A stretch of DNA of 64,000 nucleotides from a virus (Duplodnaviria; Caudoviricetes). Below, one piece after another: positions 48,013-59,000 of this stretch (positions are counted from its first letter, which is position 1; the number at the start of each line of letters is the position of its first letter). The translations under genes were made by a program, and so were the position numbers. The notes under the pieces are model-generated. The model did no database searches, had not been told where the DNA came from, and saw only the letters and a program-made list of their open reading frames with translations. The DNA lies in IMG/VR virus record IMGVR_UViG_3300020037_009644, positions 64,001 through 128,000 of that record. One strand, given 5' to 3'.

Positions 48013-48855
48013 TTAAATGTTGGTATTTTTGGGAACGGCAACCTGATTCTCGACAAGGGTCGAATAAGAATAAGGTCTGCCATGTCGAGGATCTGTTCTT
48101 GAAGGTCCAGAGGTTGCCGAACGATGCCAGCCAAGAAAGTTCTGACGAAAGCCGCGAGTTTGAGTCGCAATGAAAGCAATTTGATAGGTAAACATACCCA
48201 TGTTATTGACATCTTCGGTAACTGCAAAATCGTCGAAGTATCCTCGGTAAACTCGTCCGGCGTGATACATCTCGACGGTAAAAGCCAGAGAAGCGAGTGA
48301 CGGAGGGCTTTGAGCTGCCGAAGGAATAAATGATTGACTTCCTGAAAGAATTGAGGTTAGAAATGATTCACCGGCGTTAAGAGCCGAGTCTTCGCCGAAA
48401 ACATTTCCGGCAAGAACCTCGGCATTGGCTTGGGCTTCAAGATAGAGGGCGTAGGGATCGAAGGAAAGTTGTTCGTTACGATAGATATCTCGAAGAACGT
48501 TAATTCCCTCAATGCCCGAGGTTCCGGTGGTTCCAGATAACGTAATGCGAGTCAGCTCTTCCCCCCAATATTGAAGAACGAATCCACCTTTGGTTCTTGT
48601 TGGCTGATTAGATTTTTTCTCGGAGACGACCATGTTCTGAGGGTTGATGTACATCTGAACCAGAGGTCCCTCGGGAACCAGCCAATGAATGATCTGGCGC
48701 GTGTCTGTAGCCGCTCGGTTGTTTGGGAGGCGAGATTGTCTCGTCCCGTAACCGAAAGATGATGGGGCGGTATTTCCAGGCAACCCGCTATCTTTAACGC
48801 CGGCGTTAAATAACGAAAGGAAAAGATCGTTTGGTTCAGATGGAAGAGTAGGCAT
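48013..48855 (-). CDS. Baseplate/tail tube initiator protein (gpU/gp54-like)
   Basis: MYINPQN...TRTKGGFVLQYWGEELTRITLSGTTG...YRGYFDDF. Directly after the tape measure. Confidence 0.75.
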   Translation of the reverse strand: MPTLPSEPNDLFLSLFNAGVKDSGLPGNTAPSSFGYGTRQSRLPNNRAATDTRQIIHWLVPEGPLVQMYINPQNMVVSEKKSNQPTRTKGGFVLQYWGEELTRITLSGTTGTSGIEGINVLRDIYRNEQLSFDPYALYLEAQANAEVLAGNVFGEDSALNAGESFLTSILSGSQSFIPSAAQSPPSLASLAFTVEMYHAGRVYRGYFDDFAVTEDVNNMGMFTYQIAFIATQTRGFRQNFLGWHRSATSGPSRTDPRHGRPYSYSTLVENQVAVPKNTNI

Positions 48856-48870
48856 GATTATTTCCGACCA

Positions 48871-50946
48871 TTATGTTAAATTTTGACCCATGTGATTAGC
48901 ATGAATTTGTCCGAGGTTATACTTGCCTATTTCAGCCTGAGCAACGTTGAGCGCCATGGTCTTTTGACAATCGGGACACATTGAGACGGCGGAGAAAGTA
49001 ACCGACTGTTGCTGCGGCGGAGAGTCTGAAGAATTATTCTTGCTGTCCCTAGCATCTTGTTTGGTTGCCCAGTCGTTGATCTCCCCACGAGTCGCTGGGC
49101 TGATAGCATCGATGGCATCGTTGGTCATAAGACCCTCGGTATCGACTTCCCATGATTTGAATTTATTTTTAAGGGCATCTACAAAAGAGTCAATATCTTT
49201 GACACCATCAAGAAAATTACCAATACCCTCAACTATTTTTTCATTTGGTCGGGGTTGATAGAGACCTGGATCGGTTGGGAACGTTGGATTGTTTGCCGAG
49301 GTCGTGCTCGCCTCTCTCATTTGAGCTCTAATCGTCTCTGCTGATTGAGTATCACCTTCGCCTGGTCCGATAGTTGCCCTGACGGTTTGGTTAAGAGACA
49401 TCTGGGTATTTGCGGCAATTTCTTGAGCGTAACCAGAAATAAAATTGAGGAGTGTATTATTTCTTTCCTCGAATTTAGCACCCTTTTCAAGATTTTCTTG
49501 AAGGAGCGTATCAGAATCTTTGGCAATTGGGGAAGTCATTCCACCCTTCATAGCCTCAAAAAATTTATAGGCTTCAGCTTCGTTGTTGACCAATTTGGTT
49601 GGTCCGGAGGTAATCAACTGAACCTGCTTGGTTAGCTGGCGAGCGGCGCCTTCATCTTTCGCTGCATCCTCGAGGGTTACAATTCTGCCACCAAATTGTT
49701 TCATCAAAGAAGTTTCCGCCATCTTTTGAATCTCATCGAATTTACCCTGAGATTTGAGAAGCTCGATTTGGTATCCACCTTGCAACCCTCCAGCTCCACC
49801 AGAAGATGACGAGAGAAAAGATCGTTCGGCAAGCTTCATGCCGCCAAGATTTCCGGTAATATCGGTCAGCATCTCTTTGATTGCCTCGGGACCCAACTTG
49901 GCATTTTTGAGCGCCGGACCCAGTCTCTCGACAACGCGGATAGCTGCCTCGGAATTGTTGCCGAAGAACTTGAACGAAGCGCTGGCTTGATCGGTATAGC
50001 TTTTAATGAATTGAAGAGGAATTTTTAACTCGTTGGTCGCATCTTGCAGGGCTGAAACGTAGCGAAGAGAATCTTCAAACCCCTTGCTGGTAGAATCGCC
50101 AAAACGATTGTAGAGATCGGTAATTTCTCCGAAAACATCTTTGAAAGACATTCCGGAGCCGGTGGCTGTTTTCAGAGCGGCGTCAAGAAGACCGTATTGG
50201 CGAGAGCCGTCGGAGGCTCCCATAATGTTGGCAGACAAAGCTCCGGGAAGTTGAAAGAGCGTCGAGCCGAATTTTTCTACCTGAGAGGTCGAGAGTCCGG
50301 TTGCGAGGGCAACGTCGGTGTTCATTTTAGAATAAGCGACCATTTTTCTTTCGAGAAGATCGTAGTTATCACCCGTCTCGCCGAGAACTTCGGACAGTTG
50401 ACCCGAGGCAGCGGCAACCTGAATCATCGAAGATTCAGCTTGCTTGACAGCATCGGAGTTTTTAGCCATGTCGTTTAAAACATCCACTATTTTAGATTTG
50501 GGGTCGATATTAAATAATCGAATAAGATCACTGACATTCTCTGTCAAATTACCAGCAGTCGTATCTGTATCTCCAATTAGTTTATTAAGCGCTCCGAAAG
50601 ATGCTGGGGGCGGAAACCTTGAAAGCGTAATAAGATCAGCTGTTACGTCTGTAACAAGCATGCCAAATTTTTTAATGCTATCACCACTAAACCCTAAACT
50701 AGTCGCAAGTTTTCCAGTAAGATCTTTAGCTCCCTCGGCAATTTCAAATAATGATTTAGTTATTTCTTCTGCTGTTTTTCCAAATGATGCTCCTGCACTT
50801 TTTGACATCTCGATGACTTTTCCCATCGAGTCTTTATATTTTTCAGCAAACTTATCGAAACCCAAAGAAAGATCTTTAAGAATATCCTGAGCTTCCTGAG
50901 GAGTTTTATTTTTGAGAAACTCTATTAGATCGGGTGTGTCAGGCAT
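48871..50946 (-). CDS. Tail tape measure protein
   Basis: Helical, A/G/S/K-rich, 691 aa, directly downstream of the chaperone pair. Confidence 0.8.
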   Translation of the reverse strand: MPDTPDLIEFLKNKTPQEAQDILKDLSLGFDKFAEKYKDSMGKVIEMSKSAGASFGKTAEEITKSLFEIAEGAKDLTGKLATSLGFSGDSIKKFGMLVTDVTADLITLSRFPPPASFGALNKLIGDTDTTAGNLTENVSDLIRLFNIDPKSKIVDVLNDMAKNSDAVKQAESSMIQVAAASGQLSEVLGETGDNYDLLERKMVAYSKMNTDVALATGLSTSQVEKFGSTLFQLPGALSANIMGASDGSRQYGLLDAALKTATGSGMSFKDVFGEITDLYNRFGDSTSKGFEDSLRYVSALQDATNELKIPLQFIKSYTDQASASFKFFGNNSEAAIRVVERLGPALKNAKLGPEAIKEMLTDITGNLGGMKLAERSFLSSSSGGAGGLQGGYQIELLKSQGKFDEIQKMAETSLMKQFGGRIVTLEDAAKDEGAARQLTKQVQLITSGPTKLVNNEAEAYKFFEAMKGGMTSPIAKDSDTLLQENLEKGAKFEERNNTLLNFISGYAQEIAANTQMSLNQTVRATIGPGEGDTQSAETIRAQMREASTTSANNPTFPTDPGLYQPRPNEKIVEGIGNFLDGVKDIDSFVDALKNKFKSWEVDTEGLMTNDAIDAISPATRGEINDWATKQDARDSKNNSSDSPPQQQSVTFSAVSMCPDCQKTMALNVAQAEIGKYNLGQIHANHMGQNLT

Positions 50947-50960
50947 GGTTTCTCATTATA

Positions 50961-51353
50961 TCAATTGTTGCTGTTGGAGAATCGGCGGCGTTTTCTTTGT
51001 TCCTTGGCGAGCTTGGCTAACTTCAGAGCTTTCTTTTTTATGGGGACAAGAGGAGTTTGGTCCAAGGTTTCCATGATCTTGTCGAATTGTTCGTCGTCCA
51101 TTTCGATAGTATTCTTCTCTTGATCTAATATCTTTCGAGCCATCGAAGGATTGGCGAAGGATCCTAGAAAGACAGCATAATCTTTATCTTTTTTGGATTG
51201 CTCGATAAGATCTTCTCTGTACGAATAATACATCCAGAGATATGTCAAAATGTTTTCTGGATCCAAGATCTCCTGAATCGTTGGACTATCGAGAGGGGAG
51301 CAAAATGTTTTGCAGAGATACCAAAGAAATTTTTGGTCAGGCTCCCCAACTAT
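50961..51353 (-). CDS. Tail assembly chaperone, frameshifted C-terminal part (gpT-like)
   Basis: The -1 frame is open from the slippery site (IVGEPDQKFLWYLCKTF...) into the called 101-aa ORF, whose TTG start is probably internal. Confidence 0.8.
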   Translation of the reverse strand: MVGEPDQKFLWYLCKTFCSPLDSPTIQEILDPENILTYLWMYYSYREDLIEQSKKDKDYAVFLGSFANPSMARKILDQEKNTIEMDDEQFDKIMETLDQTPLVPIKKKALKLAKLAKEQRKRRRFSNSNN

Positions 51354-52015
51354 TTTTTTATTTCTTCTATAACCTCTTTGGGAGAATCGATGACGAGATC
51401 TTGCTTCAGCTCGCTATACACCTCCCAAAGCTTTGAAACTTCTTCCTCTCTCATCTCGTCAAGAAGAGCGAGGACCGAGGATGGACCGCTACCTCCGAGA
51501 ACGTAGGCGAGATCTTTTCCGTTGATTGCAAAAAGAGAGCGGGCAAGAGTCTGATCTCGAAAATCAAAGCTGAGAAGAGCTTCGCTCTTTGGAGTTTCGT
51601 CAGCCATTTGGATTAAAATTTCGCGAAGCTCTTTCTTCTTTAGGCTTTGCAAAGAATAGGTTACCCCGTTGATCGTGACATCCTTCTGCGAGCGCTTGAT
51701 TCCGAGAAGAACTTCGAGCTTGGATTTTGATTTCGGCGAGATTGGCTCTTGTTTAACCTTGGCTTTGGTGACCAATTTGGCAAGAGCTTCCTTGTCTTCT
51801 CGATAATCAATAAAAGCTTCATCCTCCGATTCGAAAGAAGAGGCTGAGGCTTCGGCTTCCATGATGACCGGTGGTTGCGAAACAAATTGTTCCTCGTTGG
51901 GGACAGTGAGAATTCGTTTGGGCACCGATTTAAATGGCAGCTCTTGTTTTTCGGCAGCTCCCATTTCCGCAAAACGACGACGACCGACAGGAGAATTTAG
52001 TTCGTTCAATTTCAT
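51350..52015 (-). CDS. Tail assembly chaperone (gpG-like)
   Basis: Between tube and tape measure. VTINGVTYSLQSL...LARSLFAING...LWEVYSEL. AAGGA SD. Confidence 0.8.
   Translation of the reverse strand: MKLNELNSPVGRRRFAEMGAAEKQELPFKSVPKRILTVPNEEQFVSQPPVIMEAEASASSFESEDEAFIDYREDKEALAKLVTKAKVKQEPISPKSKSKLEVLLGIKRSQKDVTINGVTYSLQSLKKKELREILIQMADETPKSEALLSFDFRDQTLARSLFAINGKDLAYVLGGSGPSSVLALLDEMREEEVSKLWEVYSELKQDLVIDSPKEVIEEIKK
51353..51359 (-). promoter_or_regulatory. -1 programmed ribosomal frameshift site A-AAA-AAA
   Basis: Minus strand reads ATA AAA AAA TAG. Slipping -1 joins the 221-aa ORF to the downstream frame without a stop. Confidence 0.82.
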
Positions 52016-52030
52016 AAATAGATTCCTTGT

Positions 52031-52068
52031 AAAATAAAAGGGAGAATGATGAAAATCATCTTTCTCCC
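52031..52068 (-). terminator. Intrinsic terminator after the tail tube gene
   Basis: Minus strand GGGAGAAAGATGAT-TTTC-ATCATTCTCCC followed by TTTTATTTT. Confidence 0.75.
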
Positions 52069-52105
52069 CATCAATATATCAGAGTTTTAGCTTAATTAGC
52101 TGATA

Positions 52106-52732
52106 TTAAGTGTTTTCGTTCATGTACGCGTTCAAAAGACCTGCTTGATCAAGGGCGCCTGTAAATGCACCTCTATCCGCCTGTTGCTCGAAGGCGTTGA
52201 GAACTAGCGGAGCGCCGTTGCCATTGCCGACCGAAGTAATAACGTTACCTCCGTTGATCTGGCTGTAGATTCGTTCAGCCTTAAAACTACAGCTTTCTTC
52301 GATGATAAATCCTTCGGCGTTGTATGTAAAGTTCAAATTATCGAACCAGACATCTTCGACGATGGTAATCAAAGCATTAGACTCGTCCGCGTCGGCAAAG
52401 ATGTCTTGAATTTCGATATCGAAAGGAATTCGTTGCGAATGAACGTGAATATATCCTCGATTGGTTGCCTCGATAAGTCTTTTGCGATCGTAGCGATACC
52501 GATTGATCGATCCCGAGATTTGGGTACTCCGATTGGGGGCGGAGTCGATAACTCCGTCCGTTCCAATCTCGGAAATCATCGAGATGTCTCTTTGTTCGGT
52601 CAGCTGGAAAGTTTTGACAGCTCCTAGAACCAAGCCGTCAACCTTAATCAGAATGTTGGTTGCAAGATGGACCTTGGTGGCATTATTACCCTGAGAGTCC
52701 CGAATTGCTGTCCCTGTATTTCGTGTAGGCAT
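52106..52732 (-). CDS. Tail tube protein
   Basis: Directly after the sheath. IKVDG..LGAV, SEIGTDG, GSINR, IPFDIEIQD, IIEESCSFKAE. Confidence 0.87.
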   Translation of the reverse strand: MPTRNTGTAIRDSQGNNATKVHLATNILIKVDGLVLGAVKTFQLTEQRDISMISEIGTDGVIDSAPNRSTQISGSINRYRYDRKRLIEATNRGYIHVHSQRIPFDIEIQDIFADADESNALITIVEDVWFDNLNFTYNAEGFIIEESCSFKAERIYSQINGGNVITSVGNGNGAPLVLNAFEQQADRGAFTGALDQAGLLNAYMNENT

Positions 52733-52755
52733 GTTTAGCTAATGATTCCTATGGA

Positions 52756-55209
52756 TTAAAAGTTACCTAGTTCAAATTCAACGTAGATCCAGTTGATTGG
52801 ATAACGGGGGCGAATTCTAGCTGTGAAGTCCCATTGACGAGGCTCGATTTCGTTTTGAGAAACCTTCGGGCTATCGTAGCTCGAGATAAATCCGGCGGAG
52901 ACGAGACCCTTGAGAAACTTGTCAAACTTAGCCTGAAGAGTTCCTTTGATTCCGCGAGATTCCGGCATGCCGATGTAGGGTTTAAGTGCAACACGAGCGG
53001 CTCGAGCAACGATGTCTCGGATGGCGACGATTGAATCTTCTTCTTCCTCGGCGGCTCCCGATTGAGTCGTTGTTTTGCCCCAGAGGCATTCAACTCCTCC
53101 GGCGACCGGAACAAGGACATTGACCCCGGCGGCGAGGAGATCTCGACGAACTTGGGGCGTCAGAAGCTTATCAGAGAGAATTGTGATTCCCGTGAAAGTT
53201 TTGTTGGTCATCGGAACGGCGGGGTTCGGAAGAGCGGCAACCCATCCGGCAGCAGCGCAAGCCGAGAAGAGACCATCTACGAGAGTATTTTCTCCGGCAA
53301 TATTAACGACCACCTCATCTGGGTAGAAGTAAACAGCGCGGAAGGTATCACCCCAGCCGTCGGGAACAGAATAATTCGTCAGGTCCTCGACGTTGCCGTC
53401 AAGAATTTCATTGATCGAGTCTCCTTGAATTCCTTCCAATATTCCGAGATCTTCGACCGCGGCATCTTCTCGACCAAGAAGATTGTCGGGGGTCAGTCCC
53501 GCAATTGCTCCGGTGTACATTCGGCGCTCTTTTTTGTTAAGCGAGGTGCTCATCGCTTCACAGTGAGCTTTGCAAGCTTGAAGAATTCCGGAAATCGTTT
53601 GTGAAGGGAGAGGGATGACAATGTCAACGTCGATTTTTTCGAGAGCTTCGAAGGCATCAGCCCAACCAGCATCATAGAAATCAGCATCTTTGTCGTCGAC
53701 GAGAGTAACTCGAAGAGAAGCTCCGGCAGCCGGGGCAAGATCTTGGGTCATTAAAACACGGCAAGAAGTTTCGGTATCGTCGATGACTTCGAACTCAACA
53801 CCTGATTCGTCGGTAAACGATCCGCTAGAGATCGTCGCAATTCCGTTTGAAACCGAGGCGATGGTATAAGTTCCAGCATTCGAAGCCGGCTCGAGAATTT
53901 TCACCGAACGACCCACATCATTGGCGTCGAAGAGAACGACGCTAGAATCTAGAGTTGCCGATGAGGGACCAACCGAAGCGATAACTCCATCGTCAGCAGA
54001 TTTAGCAACGGCGTCCGTCTGGATTACCGTATATGAATATTCCAAAGAGGTGCTTTGAATAAACGCCGAGGGATTCGAGGAATAGGTCGGATCGTAGAAA
54101 TCAACCTTGTTGGGAAAGATTTGAGTCTCAACTCCGGTGCTAGCCGAGGTTAAGAAAAAATGGACATTGGAGTCAGCGTCAGGAAGAACTCCGAGAGGAA
54201 GAGGGAAGTTGAGATCGTCGTCCTGATCGTTGCCCGAGGCTGAATCTTCCAATTCGTAGGAGACCCTGCGAGGGACGGCAGGCTTGGTTTGCAACGCAAA
54301 AACTCCGGGAGGAGAATTGGCAAAAGCAATTTGAGCTCCGAGGGAAAGTCGATTGGTGATCGAAGGGGATCCGTGTTTGATTTGAAGCTTATCGTTATTC
54401 GTAAAGAAAACCGGGGTGTTCAAATCAGATTCGGCAATATAGCTAATGGTTAGCGATTGTCCTTTAAGAAGGGCTCCACCCTTAACCTTGAGAGTAAACT
54501 TATCTCCCTCGATAAAATAGGTTGTTCCCTCATTTATTGCAAATGAAAGAATTTCGTTAGAAACAGTCACGCCATCGCTTTTCCAGGTTACGACGTTGCC
54601 GTAGCCGTCGAGAGGAGAGCCGGAAACAGTTCCTTGAGCAACAAATTGAGCGAAACCGGGAATAACGTCGCCGTAACCGTCACGACGAACAGAGGTGCAT
54701 TTGATCGTCCAGGTTTCAGTCGGAGCATTAAGATCGGAGAGGGTTAGATTGGAGATGTAGCCGTCGCCAGTATTAAGCGAAGAGGCGAGATAGAAAGCTC
54801 CGCCAAGATCTACCAGGGAGGCAGTCTGCAATTCAAGATGACCTGTTTCGATATCAACTCGATAATCGTATCGTGAGGAAAAAGATCCTGAATTGGCGTC
54901 GAAAGATTGTTCTAGCCCGGCAAGAGTTACTCCGCTCTTCGCAACGGTAAAGCGGTTGCTGATGATTGGGTAAAGTGAAGTTTTGAAATGACGACCGTCG
55001 GTGTCAACCGACGTTGAGGTGTACTCGGGATTAAATCCATCTGATCCTCCGCCAAGAGCCTGAGAGACCAGCGTTTCGAATCTTTGACCTTCGCCCATGA
55101 TGGCGAGAGTTTGAACACCGCTGGGCGAAGAAAGTCCAGAGGCAACAGTCTTGACACTGACGTAAACTGACGGCTCTGCGCCGTTACTTCCTGGAAATTG
55201 TGCCGCCAT
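52756..55209 (-). CDS. Contractile tail sheath protein
   Basis: N-terminal PSVYV. C-terminal AFEALE...HCEAMS...KKER, LLAAGVNVL, GKTTTQSG...E..IVAIRD, EPRQWDFTARIRPRYPINWIYVEF. Confidence 0.93.
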   Translation of the reverse strand: MAAQFPGSNGAEPSVYVSVKTVASGLSSPSGVQTLAIMGEGQRFETLVSQALGGGSDGFNPEYTSTSVDTDGRHFKTSLYPIISNRFTVAKSGVTLAGLEQSFDANSGSFSSRYDYRVDIETGHLELQTASLVDLGGAFYLASSLNTGDGYISNLTLSDLNAPTETWTIKCTSVRRDGYGDVIPGFAQFVAQGTVSGSPLDGYGNVVTWKSDGVTVSNEILSFAINEGTTYFIEGDKFTLKVKGGALLKGQSLTISYIAESDLNTPVFFTNNDKLQIKHGSPSITNRLSLGAQIAFANSPPGVFALQTKPAVPRRVSYELEDSASGNDQDDDLNFPLPLGVLPDADSNVHFFLTSASTGVETQIFPNKVDFYDPTYSSNPSAFIQSTSLEYSYTVIQTDAVAKSADDGVIASVGPSSATLDSSVVLFDANDVGRSVKILEPASNAGTYTIASVSNGIATISSGSFTDESGVEFEVIDDTETSCRVLMTQDLAPAAGASLRVTLVDDKDADFYDAGWADAFEALEKIDVDIVIPLPSQTISGILQACKAHCEAMSTSLNKKERRMYTGAIAGLTPDNLLGREDAAVEDLGILEGIQGDSINEILDGNVEDLTNYSVPDGWGDTFRAVYFYPDEVVVNIAGENTLVDGLFSACAAAGWVAALPNPAVPMTNKTFTGITILSDKLLTPQVRRDLLAAGVNVLVPVAGGVECLWGKTTTQSGAAEEEEDSIVAIRDIVARAARVALKPYIGMPESRGIKGTLQAKFDKFLKGLVSAGFISSYDSPKVSQNEIEPRQWDFTARIRPRYPINWIYVEFELGNF

Positions 55210-55280
55210 TTTCAGTGATCCTTAAATGATTTTTGAAAGGTTTTATGTGCCAACATTCTATGGAGATATTGGATTATGCG

Positions 55281-56072
55281 TTATAGATTGTTTAAAACAT
55301 CCAAAAGATCAATATTTTCTTCGACGGTTAATCCCGCTGCCGGAGTAAATGGATCTTTATAGGTATCTCCGAATTCTAGGCAAAATTTGAAAATCTCAAC
55401 GACGTTATCAATGGGAATTTGACGAACCCATTCGGTTCTTATTTCCAAAGAAATTGTTTGTTTGAAAAGCTTGTCATTTCGAGAATCTCCGTCGGTAGCT
55501 CCGCCGGCAGAGATATTTTTAACAACTATTCCTTGATTGACCAAGATTTCAAAAGCGGTATCTTTAAAAAAGAGCATGATAAGATCGACGAGATCATTGC
55601 GAGATCCCGAGTTTTCTGATTGAACTTCTATGGTAAAAGTTCCTTCCCAAGCTCCAGACTGTTCAAAACATTGAGGGCGAGAAACTATAGCCGAGTTTCC
55701 GTAACCATCAACGTATTCGATCGACATATATCTAACGAATTCTTTGTTTCTAGACATCGAGACCGGTGAATCTCGCATTCCGGAATTACGAACCAAAATG
55801 GCTGGAAAATGCTGGGCGTCTTGGCGATAATACTCTCCGATATACAATCGAGATTGAGAGCTGTCATTAACTCCGGCATCTAACGGAAGATTGGTATTGT
55901 TGGAAATTTTCGAGAATCCGTAGGAATCATTTTGGTAATGATAGTAGTGATCTTGGGAAAAGAACTCCTTCAATGCCCAGATAAGGGTATCGATAACATA
56001 TCCGATACCTGAGTTTTGGGTGTACCCATGAAGAGAGTATAGATCAGTTTTCCAAAGATTACCGGTTGCCAT
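55281..56072 (-). CDS. Tail completion/terminator protein
   Basis: Immediately upstream of the sheath. FPAILVR, GTFTIEV...RNDLVD, ISLEIRTEW. Confidence 0.72.
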   Translation of the reverse strand: MATGNLWKTDLYSLHGYTQNSGIGYVIDTLIWALKEFFSQDHYYHYQNDSYGFSKISNNTNLPLDAGVNDSSQSRLYIGEYYRQDAQHFPAILVRNSGMRDSPVSMSRNKEFVRYMSIEYVDGYGNSAIVSRPQCFEQSGAWEGTFTIEVQSENSGSRNDLVDLIMLFFKDTAFEILVNQGIVVKNISAGGATDGDSRNDKLFKQTISLEIRTEWVRQIPIDNVVEIFKFCLEFGDTYKDPFTPAAGLTVEENIDLLDVLNNL

Positions 56073-56073
56073 A

Positions 56074-59000
56074 TTAGTATACGAAACTTATTGTGATATC
56101 TTTAACTTTAAGCGTACAACCAGATGAATGATTTTGTTGAAATGTTACTATTAGATATGGACAGGTGGTAGCTGCACCAAAACCATAACGCACAACGCTT
56201 TGCGCAGTAACCGTTAATGCCAATGTAGTATCTACACCAGCATTCGCCCAAGCTACGTTGTTAGTATCTGTATTATTGGTTCGTAATGATAATTCAATAA
56301 AATTTGTTCCAGCAATAGTCGAAGCATTATATGTTAATTGACAAGCAGTTATTGTAACTCCTTCAGGTAAAACTCCAAGTAAAGGAATTAGTAAATTACC
56401 ACCATTAGCAGTATTTAAATCTAAATAATTAAATATAAAGCTTGAAGGAAGAGGATCACCTAAATTAGTATCTTGACTAATAACTGTGAGATCGCCAGCG
56501 AGATTACCAGCAAGAACTGCATAGGACCCGTCGCTCAAATTTATAGTAAAATTGCCACAATTTATTGGAACAACATAACTAAATGTTTGATTCTTATTTC
56601 TAGTAACAACGAATGTATTAGAAGCATTGGGAGCTACATCTAGAGAAGACCCATCGATTGTCGTCGAATCAAAGAAATTATCTGTACAAATACCAGTAGC
56701 TTTTGTTCCTCCTGAAGGCATTCTTATAAATGCACTTATGGCGGCAGCTGATCGGTATATTTGATTTTGACAGATAGTATAATTTCTGATAGCGCTGCCG
56801 GTTCCAGCAGATGCTCTGATACCTGTTCCGGATGTTTTCAACCCTCTGACAATGTTTCCGGTAATAATCCCTGATGATTGAACATCAACTCCGGTATCGT
56901 ACCCATAAACTAAACTATTGTATCTTCCAAAGTTAGTATGGTTGTTAACCACCGTAGCTTCAGATTTAACGCCGCTAGATGAATGAGCAACAAAAATAGC
57001 ATAGTTTGGTGGATTGGGAGTAAATAGGCTTAGATAAGAACTATCATATCCATCAAGATGATTTCCATCAATAAGAAGAGAAGAATAGCCATCTGTAATA
57101 TCTAAAGTTTGAACCGAAATCCAGTGAGCGTAATTATTTTTGATCGAAACGCGTCCAAAGCCATATTCTGACTGATCAATGTTAAGTTGAAGATTGCCTG
57201 TTCCAAAAAAGTTTCCAATTATGAAGCAAGTATTGTTTTCAATCGTTAGCCCAGATGTAACGTTGTGTTTCAAAAATTCGGTAGAAGCATTGGTATCACC
57301 TGATATTACGTATCCGATACTGCCACAAATATTTTTAGAAATAGAAGAGTTGACAACATTCATCCCCGGAGACTCAACATCTGTTGTTCCAAGTTCGGTA
57401 GTCATGTAAAAACCCTGTTGATGAGAACAGAAGTTATTTTCAATTCGGACGTTTAAAAGACAGCTGGGGTTAGGAGAGAACCCAACTCCTAAATGATAAA
57501 ATGCAGCCGCAGCTTGGTTTTTACCAACTTCCGAAATTGGCTCATCAATAAACGAACAGTTGGTGACACCGACATTTTTAATCGTTTGACCGGTAATCAA
57601 TTCAAAAAGAATAAATGGAGGTCTTTGGCTAGTATTTCTAGAGGTAAAAGTACATCGATTAACAAAGGTATTTTCACAATCAACGTTGGTTGAGTAGAGA
57701 CAAGCGTTACCAACGTTGAGAAGATCCGCGGGGCTAGAGAAAGAAAGACCGGTTGGATTGTAATTAAAGGTACAATCTTCGAAGAGAACGTTGCTGTCAA
57801 TTTCAAAAGACTTGGCGGCGGTGCAGTTGAAAACTCCGTTCAGTCCTCGAATGATGATTTTTTTGTTAATGTTGACCAGCGGGATGGTGGTCGAGATATC
57901 AAAAGCCCCCTTAACCTGAATCTCATTTTGATATCCGTCTGAAAAATTGATCCAATTGGTCAGAGAGGTAAAATCATAGAAGTTTCCGACAATGTTATTG
58001 TCGGAGACCCAAGTCAAAACGTTGTTGCTTGATTGTTTATGAACGAATCGGCGAACGTCGGTTACCAGATCAACGGTCAACGAAGCAACGGTGACCGCCA
58101 TAATTGCCAGAGGTGTTAAATCTTTACGAGACTGAAGTAGTTCGAAGAAGGTGACCGAGGGAAGATAGTAATTTCCTGAGCCTGGAGTGACGAAGTATTG
58201 CTGTTTGGTTGTTGTTAGAATAAGAGGAGTTAGTTCTCCTGATTCGTTAATGCAAATGACATAGGTCATCGGTTGAGGAAGAGATGTGCCAGCTGTATAA
58301 ATTTGAGGAATTGTTACAGAGGAATTGTTAGCAATGACAATTTTGCCATTAACCAATGCTATTCCGCCGTCAAAATAAACCTCTCCAGAATCAGCAACGG
58401 CTGAGACCGAGCTAACCCCCAAGCCTCGAAGGACTCCGTTCTCATGAAGAAGAGCGTCTCCGGATGTAATAAAGTCAATTGCTGATTGGGTAAAATCAAC
58501 CTCGTCGACAGAACCGAATTGACGGGCATCGTTGGTTTTTTGAATGATTGGGTATGTTGAAACCGGGTCCCAGTTGACCTCACAAGTTGCCAGAAGAAGA
58601 TATTGATCGTTCAGCTGCAATGATGGATAAAGATCAATATCGACATATCTAACATTGACATTGCTAAGAACATCCGTACCTGGGGAGGCTGAAATTTCTT
58701 GAAATGTTAAATCTATATAATCAGAATATGTCTCGTCGAAAAATCGGGTCGGAACGTTTTTTCTTCCTCGAGTTACTGGACCGGGATTACTTATTCCAGG
58801 ACCACCTGAAATTGGAACTCCCAAATATCCGTCGTACTCTCCGGTTGTCGAATTATATTCGGTAACATAAAAACGAATTCGCTTCTGAAAATCGGAGGAG
58901 ATTCCTGATAAATAACCACGAAGTTTGGGACTAACCGAAGAGATATGCCAGTTGGTCGTTGCCAACAATGTTGCCGACTCTGTTTGTCGAGGAAGACGAG

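Noticed and set aside
50460-50820. AT-richer patch in the tape measure 5' region
   Set aside because: The shift is modest and judged by eye only. Mosaic tape measure ends are common.
22572-55209. Extracellular contractile injection system or T6SS instead of phage
   Set aside because: Neck protein, frameshifted chaperones, holin-like gene, helicase and tubulin fit a phage. No Afp15-type AAA ATPase or T6SS membrane complex is seen.
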